NCBI RefSeq assembly: GCF_041956535.1
Contig: NW_027192220.1
Location: 185,299-249,298, forward strand
Source: Calcarisporiella thermophila CBS 279.70
Taxonomy: Eukaryota > Fungi > Calcarisporiellomycota
DNA: 64,000 nt
Direction: 5' to 3'
Position 1 is the stretch's first letter. Every line of letters begins with the position of its first letter. Shown piece after piece: positions 1 to 11,928 of the stretch. Under the pieces are notes generated by a model that ran no database searches, had not been told where the DNA came from, and was given only the letters and a program-made list of their open reading frames with translations. The translations under genes and the position numbers were made by a program.

Positions 1-210
1 TTGTGCCATCGATTTACGTTAATTAGGCCGTAAGTATCATTGCATTCTTTGAGAGCTGCTGTCTTTCGGATGGATGCTAATGGAATATAATGCAATCAAT
101 TGTGCCATCGATTCCCGTTAATTAGCCGGTAAGTATCATTGCATTCTTTGAGAACTATAGAAATTCAGTTGAATGTTTATGAAATCTGCAATATAATGCT
201 AATGGAATGT
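1..210. repeat. Imperfect tandem direct repeat, period about 99 bp
   Basis: ttgtgccatcgatt..cgttaattag..cgtaagtatcattgcattctttgaga occurs at 1-57 and again at 100-156; atgctaatggaat recurs at about 74 and 197. Confidence 0.8.
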
Positions 211-911
211 TTTACCTTACATTATTGTGCTCTATGTGCTTCTAAGGCAATTAAGCGAGCATCTCCCCATTTGAACACCGTGATGTTGAATCTGGATCCC
301 GCATTAAAAGCTCGACCAGCCACGCAAGTAACAAAAGCAAAATATGATCATGGATAGTTTTTTTAATATCTATATATATCTCTACATAAATTTTATATTG
401 TCCAAATCAAATATTAACCACCTCCCTTCATTTAATATAGTTCAAATTTGTTTAATTTTAGCCCAAATAAGTGCCTTCTAAAAGCTTCACGACGTTTCCT
501 GCAATTTTTAATATAAACGAAATTCCCAGAGAAACCTCTGAAAACTTTTATATCTCCCCTCTCAATTTATTCGCTTCCTTGTAGAATATCAAATTGGTTT
601 AGAATTTGGTAGTGAGGGTTATTGGTGTGCTCTAGTGAATGGGAAAGCATCTCATCTAATTGTAAAAAGTTGGGCAAGGCTGTTCAATAGCTCTTGGTAA
701 TAAGGGGGGATGAAATATCCTTTAAGCCAGCACGCCAATCTTCCGCGAAGCATTTGATAATTATATGGCTTGAACTCGGATTTATCAATTTCTACTGTAA
801 ATTCGGTATATCTGATCAGACTTGGAATCTCCTCCTTAGTGCTGTCCGTCTTTCGTTTTGATTTGAGCATGTCTATATACGAATTGCTGTATAATTTACG
901 CACAAAAATTA

Positions 912-1840
912 AGGGAGTAATGCAGTGGTCGAGCAGGCGGAATAAGGTTCCCTCCGTTCCTCCATCAAAGTTATTCTCTAGCACTTCCAAATTCGCTAGT
1001 GTTTGCCCGTCAAGGATCAGCGAGCTCGACTGTCGAACGGGATCATAGGAGTGAAAATTGCCAAGGGATATCAGCTCCGCATCCAACTTCAGCTGTATTG
1101 TGATAAAGGGGACAAATACGTATTAATGGTTGAAGTGCCATTGATGTAGGATTGAAAACGTATTACCATTCTGAGATAGGAGAAGAGCCCTAATACATTA
1201 CAGTTTAGGTTAATTGATAGAGCCGTCCATCAAAAAAGATACTATTACCTCCAGCCGCTGATATTAATAACGGGCTGTTGGTTGCCATTTTGAGCGCAGG
1301 TGGCCAGGCTAGCGGTGGCGCCATTAGTAGGGAATATTAACGAATTCTGACAAAAAGTGGGTTTTGATCTTTACATTTCATCTCTTCCACCATTTCATCC
1401 CCTACCGCATCCTCCCCTCCTGAGTTGCTGCTCTTGAAATAGCCTGCAGTACGAATTTCATGTGTCTTTGGAGCCTTTTTCGTAGCAGGCTCATTATCGT
1501 CCGAGAAATTCTCAGCTTGGTTTGCAAGATCTTCTATCCAAAACAAATAAGCAACAAAAGATATATTTTTAAGACTTTGACAGCCTACCATCACTTTGCT
1601 CATTATCTTCAGCCGCCGGCCGATATTCATCCTCACTATCGTCATCCTCGGGAATTATCCATTTTGAATTACGCTGAAGCTTCTTCCAAGATGCCCCCGA
1701 GTCTGTAGGAAAAAAATAGTCATAACATAATGAGTGTAGGGGCATAATCATGTCCAAAGATATCAAAATGATTTGAAGGAATTTCTAGCTCTTCTTCCTC
1801 CTCTGATTCGAAATATCGTGGCCGCTTTTTAACGCGACCC
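912..1840 (-). pseudogene. MSH6: MSH6 (MutS-alpha) gene fragment, intron-containing, internally deleted and truncated
   Basis: LDAELISLGNFHSYDPVRQSSSLILDGQTLANLEVLENNFDGGTEGTLFRLLDHCITP matches the start of MSH6 domain III. Upstream exons read WPPALK..SPLLISAAGG and LFSYLRM, preceded by acidic/basic N-terminal-like exons (GRVKKRPRYFESEEE, DDDSEDEYRP). Similarity stops after HCITP, and no ATPase or mismatch-binding domain is present. Confidence 0.8.
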
Positions 1841-1955
1841 TACAAAAAATGAGTCCTTGGTCAATGCAGTCGTATCAAAATCCGTGGCCATTCCAGCATT
1901 ATCTCTTACTACCTCTCATCCACCTACTCATATACGCCAATCTAGATAATCACAA

Positions 1956-3930
1956 TCACAACCTCATCAACCGCTTACATAATCCATCCATATCCAACTC
2001 TTGCGCAAGCGACGCAACCCTAGATAGATACCTTTTAACCCCGGGAACCCTCTTGCTATCTTCTTTCGATGCTGGAGGCCGCTTTGTTTCCCTAGTGTCC
2101 TTTTTTATGAGAATTTTCGGCACTATCATTACCCATCCGTCTCGTGACGAGGAGCTGCGCGCAAATTGAATTATCTCTACAAGAAAATGAGAAATAAGTA
2201 GAAAATTTTTTGATCGACAAAGCCTTGAAGGTCTCTGGTCTCTGATCTCTTTCATAATGAAAGAAATTTATCGAAAGTCGGTTCTCTGGTGCTCTGTCAT
2301 TGTTGGTTGCTTTCAAGCGGCCTTCAAATGAAGAGGCCAAGTTTTTAACTGAGTTAGTTCCGACCGTGGATTCAATCAAAGAGAATCAGCGCGAAAGAAG
2401 TCCGTAATGGCCGTCGACCCAGCTCTTACCATGGTATTCAGCAAAAAAGTTCCATCGCACCTTTTTACTGTATTTGGACGGAAATTCATTGAGTAGATAC
2501 TGGGCCAACTCTTGGCACGTGAAGTGATGGTCACAGTCCGTCCAAATTTCAAGGCTGTCGACTTCACTAAGTGGAAGTTTCGAACAGAGCACTTCAAGGC
2601 AATCTTTGACGTAAAGTGCGTCATGACTCAGGATGTCCGAGAAGAAATCAAAGTGTTCTTTCTTCCCATCAGGAAAGAGCAATACCGTTCCCAGACAAGA
2701 GCACTGCTTTTTCGAAAAGAACACTTTCTCCGTCTCGACTGGCCCACCTCCCAAGCGAAGATTTTCCTTGAAATCGATAATGAGGAGCCTTTCGTTCACC
2801 TTTAAATTTTTAGCGACATCCTCAAACATCAGCTGTCTTTCCTCGACGAATTTTCAGTGTGAGACATAAACTGAGACTTTTTCTTCAAGTCTCTCGATAT
2901 GGTCTCAACTCTTTCTCGCAAATCACCATGTCTCCCACGATACATCTTCCAGTGCATTCATGGTAAACTTTTCGCAGGAGACGACGCAAACTGTCAAGGT
3001 TCTTCTTGCCCTCTACGCACACTTCGCACATATCCGTTTGTTTGGATGGTTGTTTGAAGTAGCTGGGCACAAGTGTATAAAATTTAGATTTAGACATTTT
3101 ATAATTGAGATAAAATATCTTAAATCTTTTAAAGATGTTCGATTTTGAATCATCTAAATACCAAACCTCGATATACTTCTCACTATCATACCCTTCGTCA
3201 ACTTCTTCTATCTCTTCCTCTCTTTTTATTTTTAGCGTTCTATTTGCTGCAATCCTAGAAGATTCTACAAGAAAATCCAAAACGATTTTGGGCACTATAA
3301 AACCGAGAATTCACGATAAGTCAAAAAGTTTAAAAATTAAAAATTTCTAAAGAATTATTACCTTTCTTGCGTTTAACTGCTCGCTTTGTTTCTAAAGTGG
3401 GAGTTAAGTCTGTTTGTTTGTTTGGCTGCCTCCCCTTCAGCCTTGTATCGTCTGTATGCAATAAAATAGGAGAGGTCAATAATATGAAAAAAATGTACGA
3501 ACTAGACATTACCATGTGAGGTAGACGATACAGCTTTCAACTCAACTTCCCGAGCAGTTCGCGGTTTGTTGTTATCAAACCTAAAGCCCAATCGTCTCAG
3601 AAATTCCCGGGGAAACTTCTCAGAGACTACAGAAAACAGTTTTTTTCTCGCTTCAGGTTTTTCACCGGCTTGCAGAAGTGCAAGTTGTCGAAGGGTACGG
3701 TAGTATGGGTTATCCGTGTGCTCTAGTAAATGATGAAATAAAATCATTCCATCTCGTGTATCAAAAAAGAATCTTGCTACTTCGTCTAGCTGTTCTCTAT
3801 AGGTAGATGAAGAGGAAAAGTCCTCCAAGCTCAACTGACTATTCTTCTGCGAAGAGGACAGTAAGAAACGAGACTTAATCTGGGAAATAAAACGAGGAAT
3901 AGATGTGGAGAGAGCCAACATGTTGAACAT
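1956..3930 (-). mobile_element. Degenerate DNA transposon; Sola-like (probably Sola2) DDD/DDE transposase pseudogene
   Basis: Collinear minus-strand ORF pieces carry KQTDMCEVC, IIDFKEN, EIWTDCDHHF and WNFFAEYHGKSWVDGHYG (DFxEN...WxD...HGKxxxDG). They are interrupted by a frameshift and stop near 2845-2890 and by further breaks. No TIRs identified. Confidence 0.7.
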
Positions 3931-5256
3931 AAAAGTGAGTCACAATAAGAATACAAAGATGTAAGATTTAGTATATGATTTTTAACGAATTCAAAAGTGT
4001 GGAGCAAAGAAGCGTAAAAATGGTTTCAAGAATAAATATTCTTGAAAATTTCTATTTTCAAGGAAATATTAATATTGTTGCAGAGCGTTCTGAAACGCTG
4101 ATTCTTCAAAATCTAAATGCGGTATGTCTGATCAAGCTTGGAAACTCCCATTTATTTATTAAGCACTGGTGCATCTACACTATATGCTGTTCCAACCGTT
4201 ACCCCGATTACATATGCATTTCTGGTAAAACTAGGATGTCATTGAATAGCACCCTGAATTTATGGGAAATTTATGTCTTTATAAATATTGATGTGTGCCA
4301 AAGAGACCCTAATACTTCGATATCCTCCCCACGATTCCATCTAGATATTTTTTATTTGCAACGGTGTCGCTTTTATTTTTTAACAGCATCTTATACCTAT
4401 GAAGCCAACTCGTACAACAATTCGAGATCGTGTGCTTGAACTTAACGGCAAGCTGTCATTATCTTTGCATTCTATTGAGTAAACAAAGAATCCCATCACG
4501 GGAATAGAAAAGAATTGAACAATACTATCTAGTTACTCTTTATAAGCAAGAGAAGATGTAGTGCCCTTTAAAATCAACCTACCTTTTTTTTCTGTGAAGC
4601 TTTTGGCAAGAAATGGGCCCCGCCTTGGGGAACAAATGGAAAGAAAGATAAATTTAAAAACAGATCTATAAATTGGTATAAAATTTTGATGATGATGAGA
4701 AGCTAAAAAATGCAATTAAGTATTTTTATCACTCTAGATATCGAGTTTTTTAAAAGATTTATTAACAGCTGCTGATGCTTTTGAACCTCCGGTTTTCAAG
4801 TTAGAGAATTTGGAGTTATTCTTAATTCCACAAACTAAGATAGAGCGGCCCCCTTTCTAACTCATGATAGCATTTCACGATAGAGTGAAGAATCCCTCGC
4901 CGTCACCTACTGTTCTATCGACTTTATTACGTAGAGCCCGGATTTAATGAGGTCATATATGTATACAAATCGAAATATGAAAGGCATCCATGACCAGAGA
5001 AGCGCTGAATTCGGCTTGGAAATTTCTAGTCATCCCACATTTGTCCTGACGTTATGAGGCCCCGCCCTCTCCTGACTGATCCATCCGGGTTCTCCCGCGG
5101 CGAGGAAGAAGTTAGAGCGACAACCCATGCGCTTCTCAACTTCCCTCCGCCCATATAAAGTTTGGAGAGAGGTGGGGGAGTTTGGTAGAAGAGGAGGAGA
5201 GGAACGAAAAGCCGACCCTCAATGCACAAACCAACTGGGAGATTCCAAGCCTGAGC

Positions 5257-5333
5257 AGACATACTTGATTTAGAAATAATTTCTAAATCAAGTATGTCTC
5301 TTCTGCTAAAACCAAATTTTGGTTTTAGCAGAA
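5257..5333. repeat. Two adjacent perfect inverted repeats (21-bp and 16-bp arms, 1-nt spacers)
   Basis: agacatacttgatttagaaat-a-atttctaaatcaagtatgtct (5257-5299), then one C, then ttctgctaaaaccaaa-t-tttggttttagcagaa (5301-5333). Confidence 0.95.
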
Positions 5334-6079
5334 TCTTCAGAAAATCGAAATAATGCTTAATAACGCTTAAAAAAGTCACCTCTCGAGCCACGTTTTTGGT
5401 TTAAAGAATATCATTGAGAAAATGAAGGAATTTAGAAACCAAGGAACTTGGGGATAAATGTCGAGAGACGTATATGTAAAGTAAGATAAGGCCAGTTAGT
5501 ATCGTCATCCACATTGTCCTCAAGTTGAATCAAGTGCAGCACGATAAGAATTCCCAAAATCTCCCTTTCAGAGAGAGATGTCATGACAATTGTTTAAAAC
5601 ATATCAATTCGGTTTGAAAGTTTTAATGCGATCAAATAGCAAAACGCAAATACGTCAAAAATTTAGCGTGAAAGACACTCAAGAAGAGAGAAATTAGCGA
5701 TGCATGATTGGCCGGGATTCTTTTATAATCACGATAGGCACATTCAAAAAATCAAGCATGAACGCTCTCAGTGATATTCAAGTACAAATAGAAACGCCCT
5801 TCATAAAAATCGAGAAATTAATGGCGAATAGAGCAGTTTCTCTGCTCCACTATTTTCAGCTAGTATGATAAATTCATTCCAACTCTTATAAAGTGGGAAG
5901 CGAAAAAACTATATATATTTTGTGTATGGACGTGCGTATATAGAAAATAGAAAGCATTTCAATTGGGATGTTGAAGAAATAAAAGCAAACAAATAAATCC
6001 AAGATTAAGATTAGGTTTAGTACGAGTAAATACAAAGAGATTCATTCAACTAGAGCTGTTGCCGTGACGTTTCGCCCAT

Positions 6080-9000
6080 TCAAACTTGCCCAACGGCCCG
6101 CGCCAACCGCTCCCGTTCCTCTGAAGACAGGTAGCCACTGCAGAGCTCGCCGAACCAAGACTCCTGCGAGCAGCGTTTGAACAGGTCGACGTAGAACTCC
6201 TTGATATCCATGGTATAGATGGGAGAGGCCTTCACCTCCGGGTCATCCTCCGCGTCCTCGCCCTCGTCACCAAACTCGGCCTCCCCGGTTTCAAGCAGGT
6301 CGGAAAGGTAAGCGAAATCTTCCGCTGGGGCGAATGGAGACTCATCAAAGTCCTCCCACTCGCCGCCGTCTTCCTCTCCTTCCTCGTCTGCTCCACCTCG
6401 TGCAGAGAAGCCAGGCTGGGCCAAGTCTGAGTGACTCAAGAAATCCACAGCGAGAAGCTTGGTGATTTTGGCAGGAAGAGGGATGACCGTGTATTGGTCG
6501 GGGTTCTGGCGAGCACGAGAACGCGTTTTGATGAGGTTTGCGGAGGGATCTTGGGGAACAATTAGATCCCCTTGCACATGGATATTTGCAAGCCGCGGGT
6601 CGTGAGAAAGAAGAAGCTTCGAGAGCGCAATAGCACTAGGGGGTAACAAAGGAGGGACATGAAATGACAAGTCAGATTAAGCAGAAAGAGTGGAAGGAAA
6701 TCCCAAAAAAGTATATGAAGAAAATTGAAGACTTACTTGACTTTAATATCGTAGTACCCATGGAAGTTCTCAAAGTTCTCGCACCAGAGACGCATCACAA
6801 TCTCCAGTCCACTCTGTTCCCTCACCGTGACCTCGCTCAGGAAGGCGACCACCGTCTCCAGCTGCCCATTCACCAAGAGATGAGCAAAGACCCCGATCAA
6901 ACTCTGAACAAAAGTGGGTGTGGTGGCCGCGGCCAGTCGCTGCACGACTGCATTCAGAAGCTGGGGCATGATGGGGGTGAGCTGCTCCCCGCCCTTCTGA
7001 ATCAGCTTTACAATCAAGTCGCCAACAAAGAGCGCGGCCGACTCGGATTGCTCAGGATGGAGCAAACGGGCCACGAAATCCATCAGCTGGTGAAGGCCAC
7101 TTCTGCCCGATGCGTCGTGCCACTGGAGCAACTGCGAAAAACCCTTCTGTACAATATACTTGAGGCACTCCTCACCATTTTGAAGGATGGTCCGGTCGTC
7201 TGTCGACATTAACCGGGGCATCAACGATGGGAAGAGGTTGAGGATTAGGTTATCGGGAAGTGCCGGAGGCCCTCCCTTGACAAGGCTGGTTACCAGTTCG
7301 ATGGCGGATGCTACGACACCGGGCTCGGCATCGTTGCTAGCAATGATGCCCGCCATGACAGGTAGCGCCCGATCACGAAGTGCCGAGTAAACCGTAGGCT
7401 GGGATGCGAGAATCTCAAAGAGCTCATTGATGATTCCAGCGATGATGTGGTCTGTAGGCCAAAGAGTAATATCGAGACAGCCTACATGAGGATACCAGCA
7501 TGGTTCAAGATTTAAATCCTTCAATGTGCTTACCCGAAGAGTGCTTCATCCACACGTCCAAGAGCAGTGGCCCAATGATATGCTCATAGGCAGCCACCCG
7601 CTCTCCGCTCACCCGTAGTGCCCCAATCATGGCCTCCAGCACTAGAATTAGGGAATCCTCCGTCGTCAGGGGGACAAGTCCGCACACGCCCTCGAGTATC
7701 TGCTCTTGATAGGTTACGAAGTACTGGGGGTCGAGGTACTTGCAGAAGTTATTGATTGCCCGTAAAGCAGAGACTTTTACGGGCGCCGAGGACGAATGCT
7801 GGAGAGAGTGTACGGCGGCAGCGACGTATTGAGACGCCAGTTCACCAGGAAGAATTTTGGCAAATTGGCTGGCAAACACAAAAGCACGGCCTTGGAGGAA
7901 GGGGAATTCTATCGGAAAAGAGGGGTTAGAAAGGGGGAGGAGGGGGGGGATTGACCGCACGCTATAGTGCATTACCTTCGGCTCGCATGTGCTCCAACAC
8001 AATATGGTCAAAGAGTCCCTTCAGGTCAAAAGCAACGCTTCCCTCCTCGAGCCCCTCGATCAACTCTTCTGCGGTGCGCCCAATGGCCAATAAGCTGGCC
8101 TCAATACTCTTCCACCACCACCCGTGACCCTTTTGTTTCTCCTGGGCGGCCTCGTCTAAATGGCGCTGCACCGAGCGCTCTAGCGCCGCAAAGAGCGCCG
8201 TAGGGAAGCGCTGTAACAGGTTGAGAAGTAGATCTTGTGCGGCAATGCGAACATTGAACGAAAAAGTCTCGTCGTCTTCGTCGGCCACAAAGCGATTCGG
8301 ATCGGCAGCCCACGTCTCGCACTGTTCCTCGGTCATTTGCATGTATGAAATCGCCACCCAAATCACCTCTCCCAATAGTCGCCCATCTCGCTGTTCACCA
8401 AGGAAGAGGGGCTCTGCGGCTTTCTTCCTTGCCGCCGAGCCAAGGAAATCAAACTCTGCGTAGATCAGGGGCTCGAACCCAACGGTTTCCCCGTCGGAAT
8501 CGACCTCGTCCTCCAGCGTTTCCCCGTCGGAACGCACATGTTCCAGGACGAATTGCTCACGAAGGTGCATCAAATCCATCCATACAGGCTCGAGCACCCG
8601 CATCATATAGGGGCTGATCATTTTTGAAAATTCGTTGAGCAGGCGATTCAGAGTTCTTACGATCTCTGTTCTCAGGTACCACTCGCCCTGGCCGTTCCCA
8701 CTCGACGCTCCAGGCTGCTGTTGCAGGATCCCCACGAATACCTCCATCCAGCCATCAATGATGGGCACAAGGAATTGGGTTACATCGGGATAGGTTTCCT
8801 TCAGTGTGTACACCATGTCGACGCAGTGTCGGAAAATGCTAACGGCGCGCGCACGCGTATGAGACGAGTACTGGGTAGGGGAAGCCACAATACGGTGAAG
8901 CTCGGCGCACATGGGCGGTGCAAGTCGAGGAAACTGCTGGTCCGTCATATCGTTTGAGACGAACTCTGCATCACGTTTGAAAAATTAAAAAGTCAGCTGC

Positions 9001-9638
9001 TGCCTCGTAAAAAATATTCAGCTCCATTTATACCATTCAGCACTCGCATCGCTCCATGAACCTCCTCGGGTCTTCCTCGTAGTCCTTCAACCAGTCTTTC
9101 CGCCAGTTCCGGCCACTCCTCTGGCCAATCATTATGTGCAATTTTTGACACTACGTACGCGCTTGCGACTCTAATTCTACTATCCCCATCAGAAAGCCCG
9201 GCAAAGATGGTTTGACGGACGATTGATTTGTGCGCCGAGGGGAGTTCGGGCCCGCGAAACCGCTCCGATTTCGCGGTCCAGTGAGTGTCTATGTAATTTT
9301 TCAACGCAATCCCTGCAGCGTGGAGAAACGGAGGAAAATCGGGAATTAAGGATAAAAAAGAAATAAGAAGTGAAAGAGATGCAAGTGTTAAGGATGAAAC
9401 AAAAAGGATATTTGACGATGGGCGATTTCGATTCCAGGGTTGGCAACGAGATTGGCGAGCGAGACAGCATAATCTATTTAAACATCCGTTAAGGAACGTG
9501 CGATGCAGTTTCACGGATGCATCCAATTGGAGTACCTGGCACATTTTCTAGTTCTCTCAGCCGTAGCTCGGCAGCTATCCGTTTATTAACATCCGATGAC
9601 AGCGTCTGACCTAGGGTTTCGAACACTGTTTGGTCCAT
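6080..9638 (-). CDS. KAP114: Importin-9 / Kap114 karyopherin-beta (multi-exon)
   Basis: N-terminus MDQTVFETLGQTLSSDVNKRIAAELRLRELE, then HRQ|AAGIALKNYIDTHW, IAHNDWPEEWPEL, WAADPNRFVADEDDETF, WWWKSIEA, FLQGRAFVFASQF and IKTRSRARQNPDQYTVIP, with an acidic C-terminal loop. Exon phases checked for exons 1-3. Confidence 0.93.
9320..9411 (-). other. U12-type (minor spliceosome) AT-AC intron, intron 2 of importin-9
   Basis: Minus strand reads CAT CGT CAA|ATATCCTTTTT...atccttaac...atccttaat...ctccAC|GCT GCA GGG ATT. Removing these 92 nt keeps phase 0 and restores RQ-AAGIALKNY. Confidence 0.88.
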
Positions 9639-9905
9639 GTTTCTGACAAAAAGTTTGTCTAAATGGGCCGATGGCCGAGTACGAAGTAAATTTTGTTTAC
9701 GCGCCTCAAATGAAAGCGCGTCACAAATCCAGGCTCACTCCGGCCGCAACCCCCTCTCCGTGGTAGTAAGGTTATGAGCACTATGCATTTGTGAATATGA
9801 AATGTATATTTATGATAAAAGAAGAAAGCTATACATTGGAGAGTAAGAAAAAAAAAAGCCTTCTATTAATAAATTAGCGATTCCCCCCCGAGAATAGATC
9901 GCCAT

Positions 9906-10203
9906 TTATTGTCCTCGTAAACGCTCAATTTCACGATCCTTCTCGTCTAGAGCCTTTAGCAAGTGTACAATGCGATATTTGAGTTTTTCGTTCTCATTGA
10001 CCAGCTGTTTCACCACTTTATCTTCACTGAGCTGACTACTCGAGGGGAGCTGATGGGTGTCCAAACCTATCATATATCCAATTGAGATACTTTCAGATGC
10101 ATTGCTGAGCGAGAAAAGCCTTACGCGAGATAATCTCCTTGAGCTCTTGAACCTGTGCAGTAAGTCCCTTGATGGTTATCTCAACCGGTGTTGGTATCGA
10201 CAT
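9906..10203 (-). CDS. 79-aa coiled-coil microprotein resembling the ArgRS N-terminal leucine zipper (exons 10203-10125 and 10066-9906)
   Basis: ATG, a 58-nt GT-AG intron and TAA give 240 coding nt: MSIPTPVEITIKGLTAQVQELKEIISRLDTHQLPSSSQLSEDKVVKQLVNENEKLKYRIVHLLKALDEKDREIERLRGQ. It is absent from the ORF track because of the intron. Confidence 0.82.
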
Positions 10204-10580
10204 AATGAATAGTACCAATGGCCCAATGTGAAAGAATGGAGGAGTCTATTTGAGTGTTCCCTAAGCGAGCCTCTTTATAAACTGCGCCGCAATAGAGGGG
10301 TGAAGCAAATTTATTGAAACAAAACGGTGAAGAAAAAAACTAGCATATATGTACAAAGTCAAAATTATATATCATATAAAAGGAGAAACATTTAGAGAAG
10401 TTTAAACCAAATAGAAGCAAAACTACTACCATTCCGCAATAACAAAACAGAGGGGAGAAAAAAAACAACTATATGAAAAAAAAAGGAAAAAGAACGAAAC
10501 AATATAATAAAAAATTAAAAAAAAATCAACAAACAATTAATTCTAAGCATCTATCAATATTTGTTAGGTAATGGGGTTCA

Positions 10581-11897
10581 TCAAAAGTAGTATCCTTTCT
10601 CTCCGGTGACTCCCAGTCGCGCCAGATTTCTTCGACCCTTCATGCCTCCAAGAGGATGGTCACGCCCGTTCGCCGATAGAGCGAACAGGTCACGATCACG
10701 CAAACCGCACCCATACTCTCGTCCATGAATGGACACGCCGCCAAACTCTCTTCCATTCAGGGAGGCAGCGCCATAATCCCGGCCCACTCCACTGAGGGAC
10801 ATCCGCCTATAATCTCTCAGGCCACTGCCATTTTCTCTGCCCTCACTGGCGATATATCCGCTTGTGGGGCCGCTCGGAGAATGGAGTGGGCTCTTCCGCA
10901 TACGCTCTTCTCGTAGCAAGGCAGGAAAATGCAACAGAAGTTCAGTCAAGACTCGCACTTGCTCGTCACTTCTGCTCTGCATTTCGCGCCATTCTCTCGG
11001 GCTGATGGCGGAGGCGGAGGAAGCGTTGCGGAAGGACTGGTTAAGTGCAAGGGTGAGCTGCACAAGCTCGGAGATGTTCCGTGTCACAAAGGCAGATTCG
11101 TCGCTCGCGTTGCTCCCTCGTCGACTTGACAGGCTCCCACCAAAATGACTCGGGCTACTTTCACGATAAAAGCTTCGCCCGAAGAGCTGGTGGGCATCGT
11201 GGAGAAGCCGTTGATGTTGATGCAATGGCGGAGTCGAGGGCCGGTATGTATCTGACATCCGAGGACTCGAAGAGCCCGACTTGAACGATCTTGTTTCTGC
11301 GCCAGCGCAATAGTCATACCGCTGCCTCTGGGAGTGGTGCGATGGCTGGGCCTGGGGGGGCGGTGGGGATTGGATTTTCGGTGGTGTGGCAGAGAACGAG
11401 ACTAGCGTATCGGCGGTGTATCGGTGACGATTCTTTTCCAGTCGGATTATTCGGGATTTCATCTCCTCAATCTCATTCCAAAGGGTTTGCTCGCGAGCAT
11501 TCGACGTGGGTGGTTGCTGAGTCGCCGGCGGATGAGGGGAGAGCGAATGGTGGTTTGGATGCAAAGCCACGGGCGAAGTAGATATTTTAGTATGCTTATG
11601 GGAACCAAGGTGGGTCAGGGGAGAGGCATCACTATCGATCCCCAAAGGTTTGGGAGAGGCCGGGGAAACACTTTTCGCCCTGTTTTCGTTTCTTCCGGCC
11701 CAGGTTTCTTTGGTTTTTTCTTCTTGCGGTGAGAATGAACTTGCCCTCAGAGCTCGGGCTGTTAATCTTGCAGACTTTTCCATCCCCAACGACTGGTGAT
11801 GATGATGGTGCTGGTGGTGCTGGTGGTGCTGTTGTGATTGCTGATATTGCTGTTGTGGTTGTTCCTGTTGCTGCTGTTGTGACTGAGGAGTAGTAAG

Positions 11898-11928
<31 letters not shown>

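Noticed and set aside
5026-5391. 121-aa minus-strand ORF
   Set aside because: It has a GTG start, runs through the palindromes and has no recognisable domain.
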